A stretch of DNA of 64,000 nt from positions 32,001 to 96,000 of the forward strand of contig JAPDJH010000004.1 in assembly GCA_029259175.1 (NCBI GenBank). The letters are read 5' to 3'. The notes under the pieces are model-generated. The model had not been told where the DNA came from, did no database searches, and was given only the letters and a program-made list of their open reading frames with translations. Position 1 is the stretch's first letter; each line of letters begins with the position of its first letter. A program made the translations under genes and the position numbers. The DNA is from Hadesarchaea archaeon (GTDB lineage Archaea > Hadarchaeota > Hadarchaeia > Hadarchaeales > Hadarchaeaceae). Below are positions 9,074 through 18,566 of the stretch, piece after piece.

Positions 9074-10513
9074 GTGAGAAAAATGGTTGGGCGATCACGC
9101 TGGCAAAACAATTTCAGCGAGTGGTTCAACGAGATAGTCCAAGTCGCGGAAATAATGGAGACCCGATATCCGGTCAAAGGACTCTACGTATGGTTGCCCT
9201 ACGGACTCAAACTGCGTAACCACGTGATTTCTGCGTTGAAGGAACTGCTCGAGCGAACCGGCCACCGAGAAGTCTTGTTTCCACTCCTGATTCCGGAAAA
9301 CCTGTTCAAAAAAGAAGCCGAGCACATCCGCGGATTCGAAGGACAGGTTTACTGGGTGACTCACGGCGGTCACGACCGATTGGACATCCGGCTGGCCCTC
9401 AGACCCACCTCCGAAACCGCAATGTACCCGATGTTCTCTCTCTGGATTCAATCCCACGCCGACCTGCCATTGAAAATCTACCAAGTGGTCAATGTGTTCC
9501 GTTATGAAACGAAAATGACCAAACCGCTCATCCGACTGCGCGAGGTCACCACCTTCAAGGAGGCACACACCGCCCACGCCACCGCCGAAGACGCCGAACG
9601 CCAGATCCGAGAAGCGATCCAGATCTACAAACAATTTTTCGACAGGCTCTGCATACCCTACATTATAACCAAGCGGCCCAGCTGGGACACTTTTGCCGGT
9701 GCTGTGTACTCCATTGCTTTCGACACGCTGGCACCAGACGGACGGACCCTCCAAATCGGAACCGTTCACAATTTGGGACAGAACTTCTCGAGGGTTTACG
9801 ACGTTCAGTACGAGCGCGTGGACGGCTCTTACGAGCACGTGTACCAGACGTGCTACGGAATTTCGGAGCGAGCTATCGCGGCCCTCATAATGGTGCACGG
9901 GGACGATATCGGGATGTGTCTGCCCCCAGAGTTCGCACCGATTCAGGTGGTCATCGTTCCGATCCCCTACAAGGACGTTCAAGCTCCAATCGAGCAAACG
10001 TGCACCGAAATATATGAAAGGCTCAAGCAAGCGGGTCTAAGGGTCGAGCTCGATCTCCGAGATCTGAGACCAGGAAACAAGTACTATTACTGGGAGCGTC
10101 GCGGAGTGCCACTCCGAATAGAACTCGGCCCTACCGACCACGCAAATCAGAGGGTGACTGCCGTGCGCAGGGACACTGGCGAACGAATCCACGTCCCGCT
10201 TGACCGGGTGGCGGAGCGAGTACCCCAATTATTGAGAGAGATCGAAACGAGCATGAGAAGGCGTGCGTGGGAAGAATTCCGGAAAAGAATAAAAACAATT
10301 GCCAGTGTGGACGAACTCCAAAACGCAATTCACAACCGAAACGTGGGCAGGGTTCCGTGGTGCGGCAATGAGAAGTGCGGCTTGGAAATCGAGGAAAGAG
10401 TAGAGGGAAGTGTGCTGGGCGAAGAACTCTTCACTGAAGCCCCGAAAAACCGTTCGTGTGTGGTGTGCTTCCAGCAAGCAAACAAATGGCTCGTGGTCGC
10501 GCGGACCTATTGA
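9074..10513 (+). CDS. proS: proline--tRNA ligase, archaeal/eukaryotic type
   Basis: YPVKG, LRPTSET, FRYETK, KEAHTAH, QIGTVHNLGQNFS, C-terminal Zn domain ending ARTY. Confidence 0.97.
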   Translation: MRKMVGRSRWQNNFSEWFNEIVQVAEIMETRYPVKGLYVWLPYGLKLRNHVISALKELLERTGHREVLFPLLIPENLFKKEAEHIRGFEGQVYWVTHGGHDRLDIRLALRPTSETAMYPMFSLWIQSHADLPLKIYQVVNVFRYETKMTKPLIRLREVTTFKEAHTAHATAEDAERQIREAIQIYKQFFDRLCIPYIITKRPSWDTFAGAVYSIAFDTLAPDGRTLQIGTVHNLGQNFSRVYDVQYERVDGSYEHVYQTCYGISERAIAALIMVHGDDIGMCLPPEFAPIQVVIVPIPYKDVQAPIEQTCTEIYERLKQAGLRVELDLRDLRPGNKYYYWERRGVPLRIELGPTDHANQRVTAVRRDTGERIHVPLDRVAERVPQLLREIETSMRRRAWEEFRKRIKTIASVDELQNAIHNRNVGRVPWCGNEKCGLEIEERVEGSVLGEELFTEAPKNRSCVVCFQQANKWLVVARTY

Positions 10514-11391
10514 ATTTGCTTCATGGCTTCCAACACTTCTGTTTCTGACGGAAAGCCGACAGGCCCTCGGTACCGGATCTTGAGCCCCGCTGAGGCAGAT
10601 GCGAATCGAGCAGCGTCAACGGCATCGCGCGTGCTGAGATAGCGGCACAAAAACGCTGCACCAAACACGTCACCGGCACCCGTGACATCGAAAACGGGAA
10701 CCTCCAGCGTTTTTACTTCCACGACTCGATCATCGCACAAAATCAATACCGGATCCTTGCCGCGTGTGATTATCACTATCTGCGGTCCGGCCTTCCTGAA
10801 TTCCTCCATGGCTTTCTCAACATCCGCCCCGAGAATGTTTATTTCTTCCAGTCCGACTTTCACCACATCGCAGTGCTTCAAGTAGGGTGAAAGATCTCTC
10901 GGCTTCACTTCCACCTTTCCATCTGCTCCTATCTCGCGGAGCACACCCTGAGGGTCAAACATCACCACCCCGCCCTGAGCCTTCAAATGGGCTAAGAGTT
11001 CTGGCGAGACCTCACCCGCTATGGGTGAAACATAGAATCCGGACGCGTCCAGGTAATCGGCGGGGATGTCCTGCTGTGTGATGGGGGGTGCGATGTGGCG
11101 GCAGACTTGAGTGCGCCGCCCCTGTTCGTCGTAGGTGTTCTCAAAGGTCGTGGTGTGTTCGCCCACGACCACCATCCCTTTGGTGTCCAGCCCCAACTTG
11201 CTGTAAATAGGCGGGAAGAGTTCGACAAAGTCCCTGCCGACCTTGCTGACCAATCCAACGCTCCGGCGCAGGTTTACCGCCGCCAGCCCCGCATAAGTGG
11301 GGGCGCCGCCGAGCACATTCTCTATTGTGCCCCACGGGAAGCGGTTGTGGTCGACTGCCACATGGCCGATGACTATGAGATCAAACGCCAT
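10507..11391 (-). CDS. PfkB/ribokinase-family carbohydrate kinase (candidate myo-inositol kinase)
   Basis: GGAPTY, FDPQG, DVTGAGDVFGAAF; immediately downstream of ino1. Confidence 0.85.
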   Translation of the reverse strand: MAFDLIVIGHVAVDHNRFPWGTIENVLGGAPTYAGLAAVNLRRSVGLVSKVGRDFVELFPPIYSKLGLDTKGMVVVGEHTTTFENTYDEQGRRTQVCRHIAPPITQQDIPADYLDASGFYVSPIAGEVSPELLAHLKAQGGVVMFDPQGVLREIGADGKVEVKPRDLSPYLKHCDVVKVGLEEINILGADVEKAMEEFRKAGPQIVIITRGKDPVLILCDDRVVEVKTLEVPVFDVTGAGDVFGAAFLCRYLSTRDAVDAARFASASAGLKIRYRGPVGFPSETEVLEAMKQIQ

Positions 11392-11392
11392 G

Positions 11393-12466
11393 TCACCGCT
11401 CTCGCTTGCCCTCTATAAACTCTTCCACCATCCGCCTCGCTTCCGTGTCTGGGATCTGAACCGGCGGATGCTTGAAGCAGTACGCTGAGATGCTCGTCAG
11501 CGGTCCGGCGATTTTTCGATCGAGTGCCAGCTTCACGGCACGTATGGCATCAATTACCACTCCGGCACTGTTGGGAGAGTCCTCGACCGATAACTTCACG
11601 TCTAGGTAGAGAGGAACATCTCCGAACTTTCGCCCCTTGATATAGATGTAGCAGATCTTGCGGTCGTTAAGGAAGGGCACGTAATCGCTGGGACCAATCC
11701 GCAACGGCACCTCATAGGGTATCTGGCTTGCCACTGCCTCCGTTTTGCTTATTCGCTTGGAGCTCAGGCGTTCTTCCTCAAGCATGTTGAGAAAATCGGT
11801 GTTGCCCCCAATGTTTAGCTGATAGCTCTCCTCCACCTGCACTCCGCGGTCTATGAGAAGTTTGGTTAGGGTACGATGCAAAATGGTGGCCCCCACTTGC
11901 GACTTTATGTCGTCCCCCGCACACGGCAGACCTGCATCTTCAAATCGCTTTGCCCACTCCTTGTCCGAAACTATGAACTCAGGAATACAGTTTACGAACG
12001 CACAACCGGCTTTGAGGGCTTGCTCGGCATAGAAGCGGGTGCCGTTATAGCTCCCGACCGGCAGGTAATTGATCAGGATCTCGGCTCCGCTGTCCTCGAG
12101 TACCTTGGCAACATCTACTGGTTTCTTGGTCGTGTCCACTTGAATGACGGGTTTGAGATACTTGCCGAGACCGTCCAAGACTGGAGCCTGTTGGACTTCA
12201 ACGTCCAGCTTTGGTACGTCGCTGAACTTGATCGTGCAGTTCGGCGGAGTGAAGATAGCCTCGGCCAAATCCTTGCCCACTTTGTTGGCGTCCACATCGA
12301 AGGCCGCCACGAATTCGATGTCCCGGATGTGGTATCCGCCGAAGTTTACGTGCATCAGGCCTGGAATGAACTGATCCTCGCGCGCGTCCTTGTAGTACTC
12401 CACCCCCTGAACCAGCGAGGACGCACAGTTCCCAACTCCAGCTATCGCTACTCTGATCTTTCCCAT
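11393..12466 (-). CDS. ino1: myo-inositol-1-phosphate synthase
   Basis: [46 protein letters not shown]; start at ATG 12466 after GGAAGGTGA. Confidence 0.96.
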   Translation of the reverse strand: MGKIRVAIAGVGNCASSLVQGVEYYKDAREDQFIPGLMHVNFGGYHIRDIEFVAAFDVDANKVGKDLAEAIFTPPNCTIKFSDVPKLDVEVQQAPVLDGLGKYLKPVIQVDTTKKPVDVAKVLEDSGAEILINYLPVGSYNGTRFYAEQALKAGCAFVNCIPEFIVSDKEWAKRFEDAGLPCAGDDIKSQVGATILHRTLTKLLIDRGVQVEESYQLNIGGNTDFLNMLEEERLSSKRISKTEAVASQIPYEVPLRIGPSDYVPFLNDRKICYIYIKGRKFGDVPLYLDVKLSVEDSPNSAGVVIDAIRAVKLALDRKIAGPLTSISAYCFKHPPVQIPDTEARRMVEEFIEGKRER

Positions 12467-12570
12467 CGAAATCACCTTCCAATATCTAAAGTAATTCCTT
12501 ATGATAAAACACGCAGATATTTTTAAGGATTCGCCCCTTTCGTCAGATAGCCGAATTTGGTCCGGGTCCA

Positions 12571-12984
12571 TTACGCCGAGGGGGCAGTCATGGTCGCGGC
12601 CCACGCTTCAGCAGACGTTGGGCTTGCTGCTCCACCGACCGCCGATGCCCACATGTCTCCAGGATAGGTGCCGGTTCCAAATAGTGCACCAGACCAACTG
12701 TCTATCTCTGTAGAAGGCGTCACTGAAGGTGCTACGCTTGGCCCGGGTGCCGTGAGAACCCAAGCACCAATAGCAGCTATTCCAATGATGATCACAGCGG
12801 CCGCAACCCAAGGAAGCCTCTCACTCATCTTGCTCCTCCTCTCCCGCCTGATTTCTTCTTCTACTATTTTTTTCGGTGCCCGAACCCGCTTCGGAGTATA
12901 GTCCAGCCTTACCTTGCACCTCGGGCACTCGCGAGGGTTGGGCACCCGGGGCTTCCACTCATAACCGCAACGAGGGCACTTCAT
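12571..12984 (-). CDS. Zn-ribbon + single-TM membrane protein with Ser/Thr/Pro/Ala-rich tail, function unknown
   Basis: CPRC-x13-CPRC at the N-terminus, hydrophobic [19 protein letters not shown], low-complexity tail; T-rich TATA-like element upstream. Confidence 0.7.
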   Translation of the reverse strand: MKCPRCGYEWKPRVPNPRECPRCKVRLDYTPKRVRAPKKIVEEEIRRERRSKMSERLPWVAAAVIIIGIAAIGAWVLTAPGPSVAPSVTPSTEIDSWSGALFGTGTYPGDMWASAVGGAASPTSAEAWAATMTAPSA

Positions 12985-13021
12985 CGGTACATCTTTTCAC
13001 TCTACCATAAAAAAATTTTTT

Positions 13022-13600
13022 CTATGCTAGCCTTCGCTTTGCCACCGCCAATCGATGGATGACGGTGATATGAGACAATGCTGCAACTATTACCAAAGCG
13101 TAACCTATCAAACCGATTAGGCCCCCAAAAGCCAAAATCAGCAGACGCTCGCCACGTTCGGCCACACCCACATCCAGTCTATCTGCGCCAGCCGCTTCAG
13201 CTCGCGCTCTCACATAACTCACAAGCAAGCTACCGGAAAGAGCGAGAAATCCCCACACCCAGCCGGACAATCCAAGAATCTCCGGTGGACCTCCCCACAC
13301 GATGCCCGCGATCACGAAGAAATCCACGTAGCGATCAACCGTGGAATCCAAAACCCCTCCAAAGCGTGTCACTTGGCCAGAAATTCGAGCTACAGCACCA
13401 TCTATGGCGTCTAGCCCTCCACACAAAAGCAGAAAAACTGCTCCCAATGCGTGATTTCCTTGGGCAAACAACAATGCGGAGATCGTCCCAGTTACTAGCC
13501 CTAGAAAGGTGAGCGAATCGGGAGAAATTCCGACTTTGGCCACCTTCTCGGCCACAGGGGTTGTGAGTTTTTCTGCTCGTTCACGTAACCGGCTCAGCAC
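13022..13600 (-). CDS. CDP-alcohol phosphatidyltransferase (archaetidylinositol phosphate synthase-like)
   Basis: DAIDGAVAR...GGVLDSTVDRYVD signature, SYVRARAE, ERGER; start moved to GTG 13600. Confidence 0.9.
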   Translation of the reverse strand: MLSRLRERAEKLTTPVAEKVAKVGISPDSLTFLGLVTGTISALLFAQGNHALGAVFLLLCGGLDAIDGAVARISGQVTRFGGVLDSTVDRYVDFFVIAGIVWGGPPEILGLSGWVWGFLALSGSLLVSYVRARAEAAGADRLDVGVAERGERLLILAFGGLIGLIGYALVIVAALSHITVIHRLAVAKRRLA

Positions 13601-13640
13601 GCCAATCCACAACTTCTTTTTTGACCACAACATAAGAGTT

Positions 13641-14483
13641 ATGGAGAGCATGATATGGCTGGGACCTGCAGGAGTTCCGGTGACTTCTAAAGACCGAAGC
13701 ACGGCTGGAGGCCTGCTACGGGTTAAAGAACTGGGGCTCAACGCCATGGAAGTGGAGTTCGTCAGAGGGGTTACTCTAAGTGTTGAAGCTGCGCGAGAAG
13801 TCGGCAAGATCGCGAAAAAGCTGAAAATCAAACTTTCGGTTCACTGTCCCTACTTCATCAACCTCTGCTCACCCGAGAAAAAGAAAGTGGAAGCTTCAAA
13901 AAAACGCATTATAGAATCTGCAAGGCGTGCTTCAGCCATGGGAGCTGATATCGTTGTCTTCCATCCGGGCTACTACGGAAAACTCTCTCCCGAAGAGGCG
14001 TACGAGTTGGTGAAGAGTGCTGATGAGGACATGGTTGATCGTCTGAGAGGCGAAGGTATTCGAAAGGTTAAGCTGGGACACGAGACCACAGGAAAACTCA
14101 GTGCTTTTGGGACTCTAGATGAAATTGTGCGATTGTGTCGGGAAGTTCCGCAAAGCGTTCCAGTTGTGGATTTTGCCCACATCTACGCGCGCCAAGGCGG
14201 AAAAATCGATTATGAAAAAATTTTTGAAAAGCTTAAGCCCTTGAAACTGAAACACCTGCACGCCCACTTCACGTCGATGGAGTGGACCCCTGCAAAAAAC
14301 GGAAAGGGGGGGAATGAGCGGCGACACCTGCCTCTGAAAGTCGGAAAACCTCCCTTCAAGCCCTTGGCACGAGAAATCCTGAAGCGAAAGATAAACATCA
14401 CTATAATCTCCGAATCTCCGGTGCTGGAGCTCGACTCTTTAGAGATGAAAAAGATTTTCGAAAAGCTAGGTTATCGGTTTTAG
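13641..14483 (+). CDS. nfo: endonuclease IV / AP endonuclease family 2 TIM barrel
   Basis: LGPAG, SVHCPYFINL, VFHPG, ETTGK...FG, DFAH, ISESP; start ATG 13641 or 13650. Confidence 0.88.
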   Translation: MESMIWLGPAGVPVTSKDRSTAGGLLRVKELGLNAMEVEFVRGVTLSVEAAREVGKIAKKLKIKLSVHCPYFINLCSPEKKKVEASKKRIIESARRASAMGADIVVFHPGYYGKLSPEEAYELVKSADEDMVDRLRGEGIRKVKLGHETTGKLSAFGTLDEIVRLCREVPQSVPVVDFAHIYARQGGKIDYEKIFEKLKPLKLKHLHAHFTSMEWTPAKNGKGGNERRHLPLKVGKPPFKPLAREILKRKINITIISESPVLELDSLEMKKIFEKLGYRF

Positions 14484-15728
14484 TTTCTTGATCGCTTTCT
14501 CAACGCCCATCTGTTCTTGCTTCCCCGACTTCATATCCCGGAGCACCACACGCCCAGCCGCTCGCTCCGCCGGGCCTATGAGCACCACGTAAGATACGCC
14601 GAGCGCGTTCGCGTGGGCGAGGGATTTCGCGAGCTTTCGATCGGCGAGCTCTAATTCAGTGGAGATGCCTTGGCGTCGGAAGTCCAATGCTATTCTAAAG
14701 GCCTCTGGAACGTCTTCTCCCGTAACGGGGATCACCATCACTTTTGGTTCCGTGGAAAACGACAGAGATTTCGATTCTAGAACCAGCTTGGCCAAACGAT
14801 CGACGCCGAACCCCACGCCTGTGGCGGGGGTGGGGGGTCCGCCTAGCGTTTCAACGAGAGTATCATAACGTCCCCCGCCAGCGACCTGCACCCCCCGCAC
14901 GTAGATCTCAAAAACCACTCCGGTGTAGTAATCGAGCCCGCGCGCTATGCTCAAATCGACGCTGAACGGTATTTTCAAAGAGCGCAAGAAATTCAGGATT
15001 CGAGCAAAGTCCTGCAGAGAAGACCTGTCGACAAAAGTTGACGGAAGTTCCTCCAGGACATCCGGTGTGCCCTTGGTGGAAAACACCTTTTTGAGTTCTT
15101 GGGCTCTGTCACTGCTCATGCCCGCCCGCTTCAGTTCACGGTCAATGCGCTCTTCATCTTTAGAATCTACGGCGCGGAGGATTGGATCTTGGTCTCTTTC
15201 TTGAACTCCCGATGCCCTGAGGGCCCTGCGAAGGATGTCCACGTTGCCTATTCGTAGATCCCAAGAGGAGAACCCCAATTCCCTCATTGCTTCAGTAGCG
15301 GTAAGGATCACTTCAACATCGCACGCGGGGTTGCTGCTCCCTATCACTTCGGCCCCGGCTTGGTAGAACTGTCTCCACCGGAAGGCTTGGGGCTCCTCAT
15401 AGCGGAAGCAGTGCCCAAAGTAGCAGAGCTTGAGTGGTTTTGGTGCGGACTTGAGATGCTGAGCATAGAGCCGGATCACGGGCGCTGTGAGCTCCGGTCT
15501 CAGGGCCAGATCGCGGCCGGATTTGTCTCTGAACGCGTAGAGCTGTTTAACCACCTCGCTGCCGCTCTTGCGTGTAAACAAGTCCAAATGTTCAAACATG
15601 GGTGTCTCGACCTCCTGATATCCGAATCTTTGAAACACTGAAGCGAGAGTTTTGGTGACCCCGCGTATGCTATTCAGTTCCTCTCCCATGAGGTCCCGAG
15701 TTCCTCGAGGGGTCTGAAAATCAGTCAA
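14466..15728 (-). CDS. hisS: histidine--tRNA ligase
   Basis: PRGTRD, LRPELTAP, FRYEEPQ, RQFYQ, RGLDYYTG, GGGRYD. Confidence 0.97.
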   Translation of the reverse strand: MTDFQTPRGTRDLMGEELNSIRGVTKTLASVFQRFGYQEVETPMFEHLDLFTRKSGSEVVKQLYAFRDKSGRDLALRPELTAPVIRLYAQHLKSAPKPLKLCYFGHCFRYEEPQAFRWRQFYQAGAEVIGSSNPACDVEVILTATEAMRELGFSSWDLRIGNVDILRRALRASGVQERDQDPILRAVDSKDEERIDRELKRAGMSSDRAQELKKVFSTKGTPDVLEELPSTFVDRSSLQDFARILNFLRSLKIPFSVDLSIARGLDYYTGVVFEIYVRGVQVAGGGRYDTLVETLGGPPTPATGVGFGVDRLAKLVLESKSLSFSTEPKVMVIPVTGEDVPEAFRIALDFRRQGISTELELADRKLAKSLAHANALGVSYVVLIGPAERAAGRVVLRDMKSGKQEQMGVEKAIKKLKPIT

Positions 15729-17938
15729 GTGATCACCGAATGATTTACTTTGTAAATCCTAACATATTGGTTCGAACTGGTAAAGACTTCATCCAAGAAA
15801 TCAATGCCCCCCACGTCACGGATGGCCACCGGCAGCTCACGGTTCGAGACCTCGGCGGAAACCCCCTCGACCAGTTTGGCTTGGGTCACCTGATTGTTAT
15901 TCACGAAGACCAGCAGGGTTTCGTCGATGGCGGGGGATGAGGGCGAATAGAACTGAGCAGAGTAGTCAAAGCGGCGGCCTCCGATCAAAGACGGGTTATA
16001 GAAGAGAAATGCAAATCCGTCCAGTTCTTGCTGGGAGCCTCCCGACTCCACGTACGCGCGGCCAGCATTCTGGTCGACTACCACTCGCTCACGGCCGGAA
16101 CCGAAGTTGAAAACCAGTTTGTTTCCTTCCTGCGTGATGCTAGTGGTGCTCCGGAGCTCCGGTGAACCCAAAAGGATCGGAACAGGTTCCCAGTACTGAT
16201 AGTACTTGTAGGCGTTGGAGATCTCGTCTATGGTGAACAAAATATAGTCGATGCACACACCATACTCATCGCGATAGGTCTTCAGGTACCATCGCAGCTC
16301 GTTCTCGGTTGAGTAGGGGAAGAACTGAATGTCTGGTCTGCGTCCGTTCACCGTGTACGCGCGCGCGCCCTCGTTGACCCCGTACATGTAAGCTCGGCCG
16401 TTTTTGACATAGTAAATGTAATCCGGCGGGCGAGGCGTGAAAGATGGGTTGTTCTCCCATGTCCCCTCTTGGGCTGTGACCTCAGTTCCGTCCACAACAG
16501 TCATGCGATCGGTCGCGCCAGTTAAGAGGTGGCCAAAAGACCATTGAATCGAGATAATATCGTTTTCAGATGTGTTGGTCTGAATCCAGTCGAAAGCCTC
16601 CATGAGAGCGGGATCAAGACCAATTCCGTGCCATTCAGTTGGAGGGGTGGTAACACGGGCAGCGGAGACCGCATTGTAAAAAAACGCGGCAGAGAAGAAG
16701 AGAACCACCACCAACACCAGCAAAGGGCGCTGAAAGCTTTTCAGCCATTCCCAGTTGGGATCGAAGCTCAGATCTCTGAGCCACCGAACAATGGTCGCTG
16801 CCCCCAGTCCAGCCATAACGGGGACGAAAGGCCACCACACACGCTCAAAACGGGCTTGTCCCTTGCCCGGCCATATGAGTGCCAATAAGACGATAAGGGT
16901 GGCCAGCAACAATAAATGGGGTCTCTGCCGCTTCCAGATACACAGAATCAAGGTCACTCCGACGAAGAGGAGAACAATGTTTGTGATTAATGGATCTCGG
17001 TAAAAAGATCCTATCACGTCGTTCAGAGAAGAAGGAGCCTGCATCTCCGACGCGTAACGGGGAAAGGCGATCCCCGCTCCCCCGCCGAGCGGAATTCCCA
17101 GATATCCGAGCATGGTGGTGGAAAAACCAATCCAAAAGTTAGGAGAAAGCCCTGTGAGCCCACAGTAGACAATCGTGGCTATCACCAAAACCGCGATACA
17201 CCCTAAGAGAAACTGAAAGTGGGTTTTAATCGCGTGATAGGCTGCACCATAGAGGTCGTCAAAGCGTTTCATCAACTTGCCTCCAAAAGCTAGTAAAAGC
17301 ACGAAAATTATCCCTAGCGCCAACGCAGCTGTGATATAGAGCGCCCCCGTCCAGCAGAAAAGGAACAATCCCATGAGAAGACCGGCCAGCAGGGTATCTC
17401 GCGCTAGCGTTTCTCGGTTGGTCTTGAACAAGCGGACTAATCCGTAGAAAGTCCACGAAGCGAACAGGGTTATGGTCGGCTCACGGTCAAATGCCCCGAT
17501 CTTGTGCCAATAGATAGTGGAGACCATGGTGGCCATAAAGAAGACCGCAAAAATGCCGGCCGCGCGCCCGCCGAGTTCTCGAGCCGTCAGATAGACAGGG
17601 ATGAGGGTCAAGCAAAAAAGAAAGGGACCGTAAAATCTAACTACATCCATTAAAGAAACGGAAGGCGACAGTGCATGAACTCCCCGATAAATCATCACGG
17701 CAAGCAGGGGTTGAAGCTGCTGAGGCTCGAACTTCCATCCATACGGGGCGTGCGACCAAGGATTGGTCTCTGCCAGCCCATTGGTTGAGTTGATTACCTT
17801 GGCCTCATCATATACCCAGCCACTGTCGGAGGTCGTGAGAGTGTCATAGCGCTCACCCGGTATAGACACTATTGAGAACGAGAGCCACATCATCGCAAGT
17901 AGATAGACAACTATTGCCCATTTCCAATATCTGCCCAT
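15725..17938 (-). CDS. aglB: STT3/AglB-family oligosaccharyltransferase with non-canonical WWDYG motif (QWSFG)
   Basis: Multi-TM N-terminal part with TTSD, FDRE, ASE and ARF at the expected catalytic positions; soluble domain A..WI..NT..D....QWSFGH......R.TV.DG. Confidence 0.85.
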   Translation of the reverse strand: MGRYWKWAIVVYLLAMMWLSFSIVSIPGERYDTLTTSDSGWVYDEAKVINSTNGLAETNPWSHAPYGWKFEPQQLQPLLAVMIYRGVHALSPSVSLMDVVRFYGPFLFCLTLIPVYLTARELGGRAAGIFAVFFMATMVSTIYWHKIGAFDREPTITLFASWTFYGLVRLFKTNRETLARDTLLAGLLMGLFLFCWTGALYITAALALGIIFVLLLAFGGKLMKRFDDLYGAAYHAIKTHFQFLLGCIAVLVIATIVYCGLTGLSPNFWIGFSTTMLGYLGIPLGGGAGIAFPRYASEMQAPSSLNDVIGSFYRDPLITNIVLLFVGVTLILCIWKRQRPHLLLLATLIVLLALIWPGKGQARFERVWWPFVPVMAGLGAATIVRWLRDLSFDPNWEWLKSFQRPLLVLVVVLFFSAAFFYNAVSAARVTTPPTEWHGIGLDPALMEAFDWIQTNTSENDIISIQWSFGHLLTGATDRMTVVDGTEVTAQEGTWENNPSFTPRPPDYIYYVKNGRAYMYGVNEGARAYTVNGRRPDIQFFPYSTENELRWYLKTYRDEYGVCIDYILFTIDEISNAYKYYQYWEPVPILLGSPELRSTTSITQEGNKLVFNFGSGRERVVVDQNAGRAYVESGGSQQELDGFAFLFYNPSLIGGRRFDYSAQFYSPSSPAIDETLLVFVNNNQVTQAKLVEGVSAEVSNRELPVAIRDVGGIDFLDEVFTSSNQYVRIYKVNHSVIT

Positions 17939-17986
17939 GTATACCCTTTAAAATGAAGCGCAGAAGGTTTAAGAATGTGTAGAAGC

Positions 17987-18262
17987 CTACTTCTTTTTCT
18001 TCTTTTCCTCTTTGGGGCTCTCCGTAACTGGTGCCACTTCTTTCGTGGTTGCCATGATCCACCCGAGCCAGACGCCGAGCGCTGAAACCACCCATACACC
18101 TACCGCCACAGGAATAACGATGAACCAAGACGAAGTCGTCGCGTACTCGAAGAGACCAAAGTTAAGCCAACCGAGTTTTGCCAGCACGAAGCCCACGTAC
18201 AACGCGAACACGATGGCCCCGACAACACAGAGCACTGCACCAAGGGCTCTTGTCTTTCCCAA
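17987..18262 (-). CDS. small two-TM membrane protein, DPM2/PIG-P-like pattern
   Basis: Two hydrophobic helices, IPVAVG...G.W.G.IMATT, Lys-rich tail; TTG start preceded by GGGGTGA. Confidence 0.75.
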   Translation of the reverse strand: MGKTRALGAVLCVVGAIVFALYVGFVLAKLGWLNFGLFEYATTSSWFIVIPVAVGVWVVSALGVWLGWIMATTKEVAPVTESPKEEKKKKK

Positions 18263-18293
18263 ACACTCACCCCCTTATCTCTCACAAAACCGC

Positions 18294-18301
18294 TTAAAAA
18301 G
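18294..18301 (+). promoter_or_regulatory. putative TATA box of the tRNA gene
   Basis: TTAAAAAG ending about 30 nt upstream of the mature tRNA 5' end. Confidence 0.4.
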
Positions 18302-18331
18302 ATTTTTCTCGCCAGTTCACAATTAATTTGT

Positions 18332-18409
18332 GGGCCCGTAGCCTAGCCAGGATAGGGCGTCGGCCTTCTAAGCCGAAGGTCGTGGGTTCGAATCCCACCG
18401 GGCCCGCCA
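18332..18409 (+). tRNA. tRNA-Arg(TCT), intronless, CCA encoded
   Basis: Acceptor stem GGGCCCG/CGGGCCC, anticodon arm TCGGC-CTTCTAA-GCCGA, T arm GTGGG-TTCGAAT-CCCAC, 3' GCCA. Confidence 0.97.
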
Positions 18410-18566
18410 ACTAACTTATTTTTGCGATCCTCCTCTCTCAGTGGCCGAACAAAAACCAAGCCGCAAATTTTTACTGAAAATTCTCACGCTCTGCATTTTT
18501 CCACATGAGCCTGAGCCCCTCGCGCAAATAGTATGTCACAAGCCAAAATCACGCTGAACCCTGCTC

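Noticed and set aside
14455-14483. FEKLGY at the endonuclease IV C-terminus as another LGY tag
   Set aside because: Lacks the R/K-L prefix and lies outside the sulfate module; likely chance
18380-18409. tRNA 3' end as attL of an integrated element
   Set aside because: No second copy of the tRNA 3' end and no integrase were found in the window by eye
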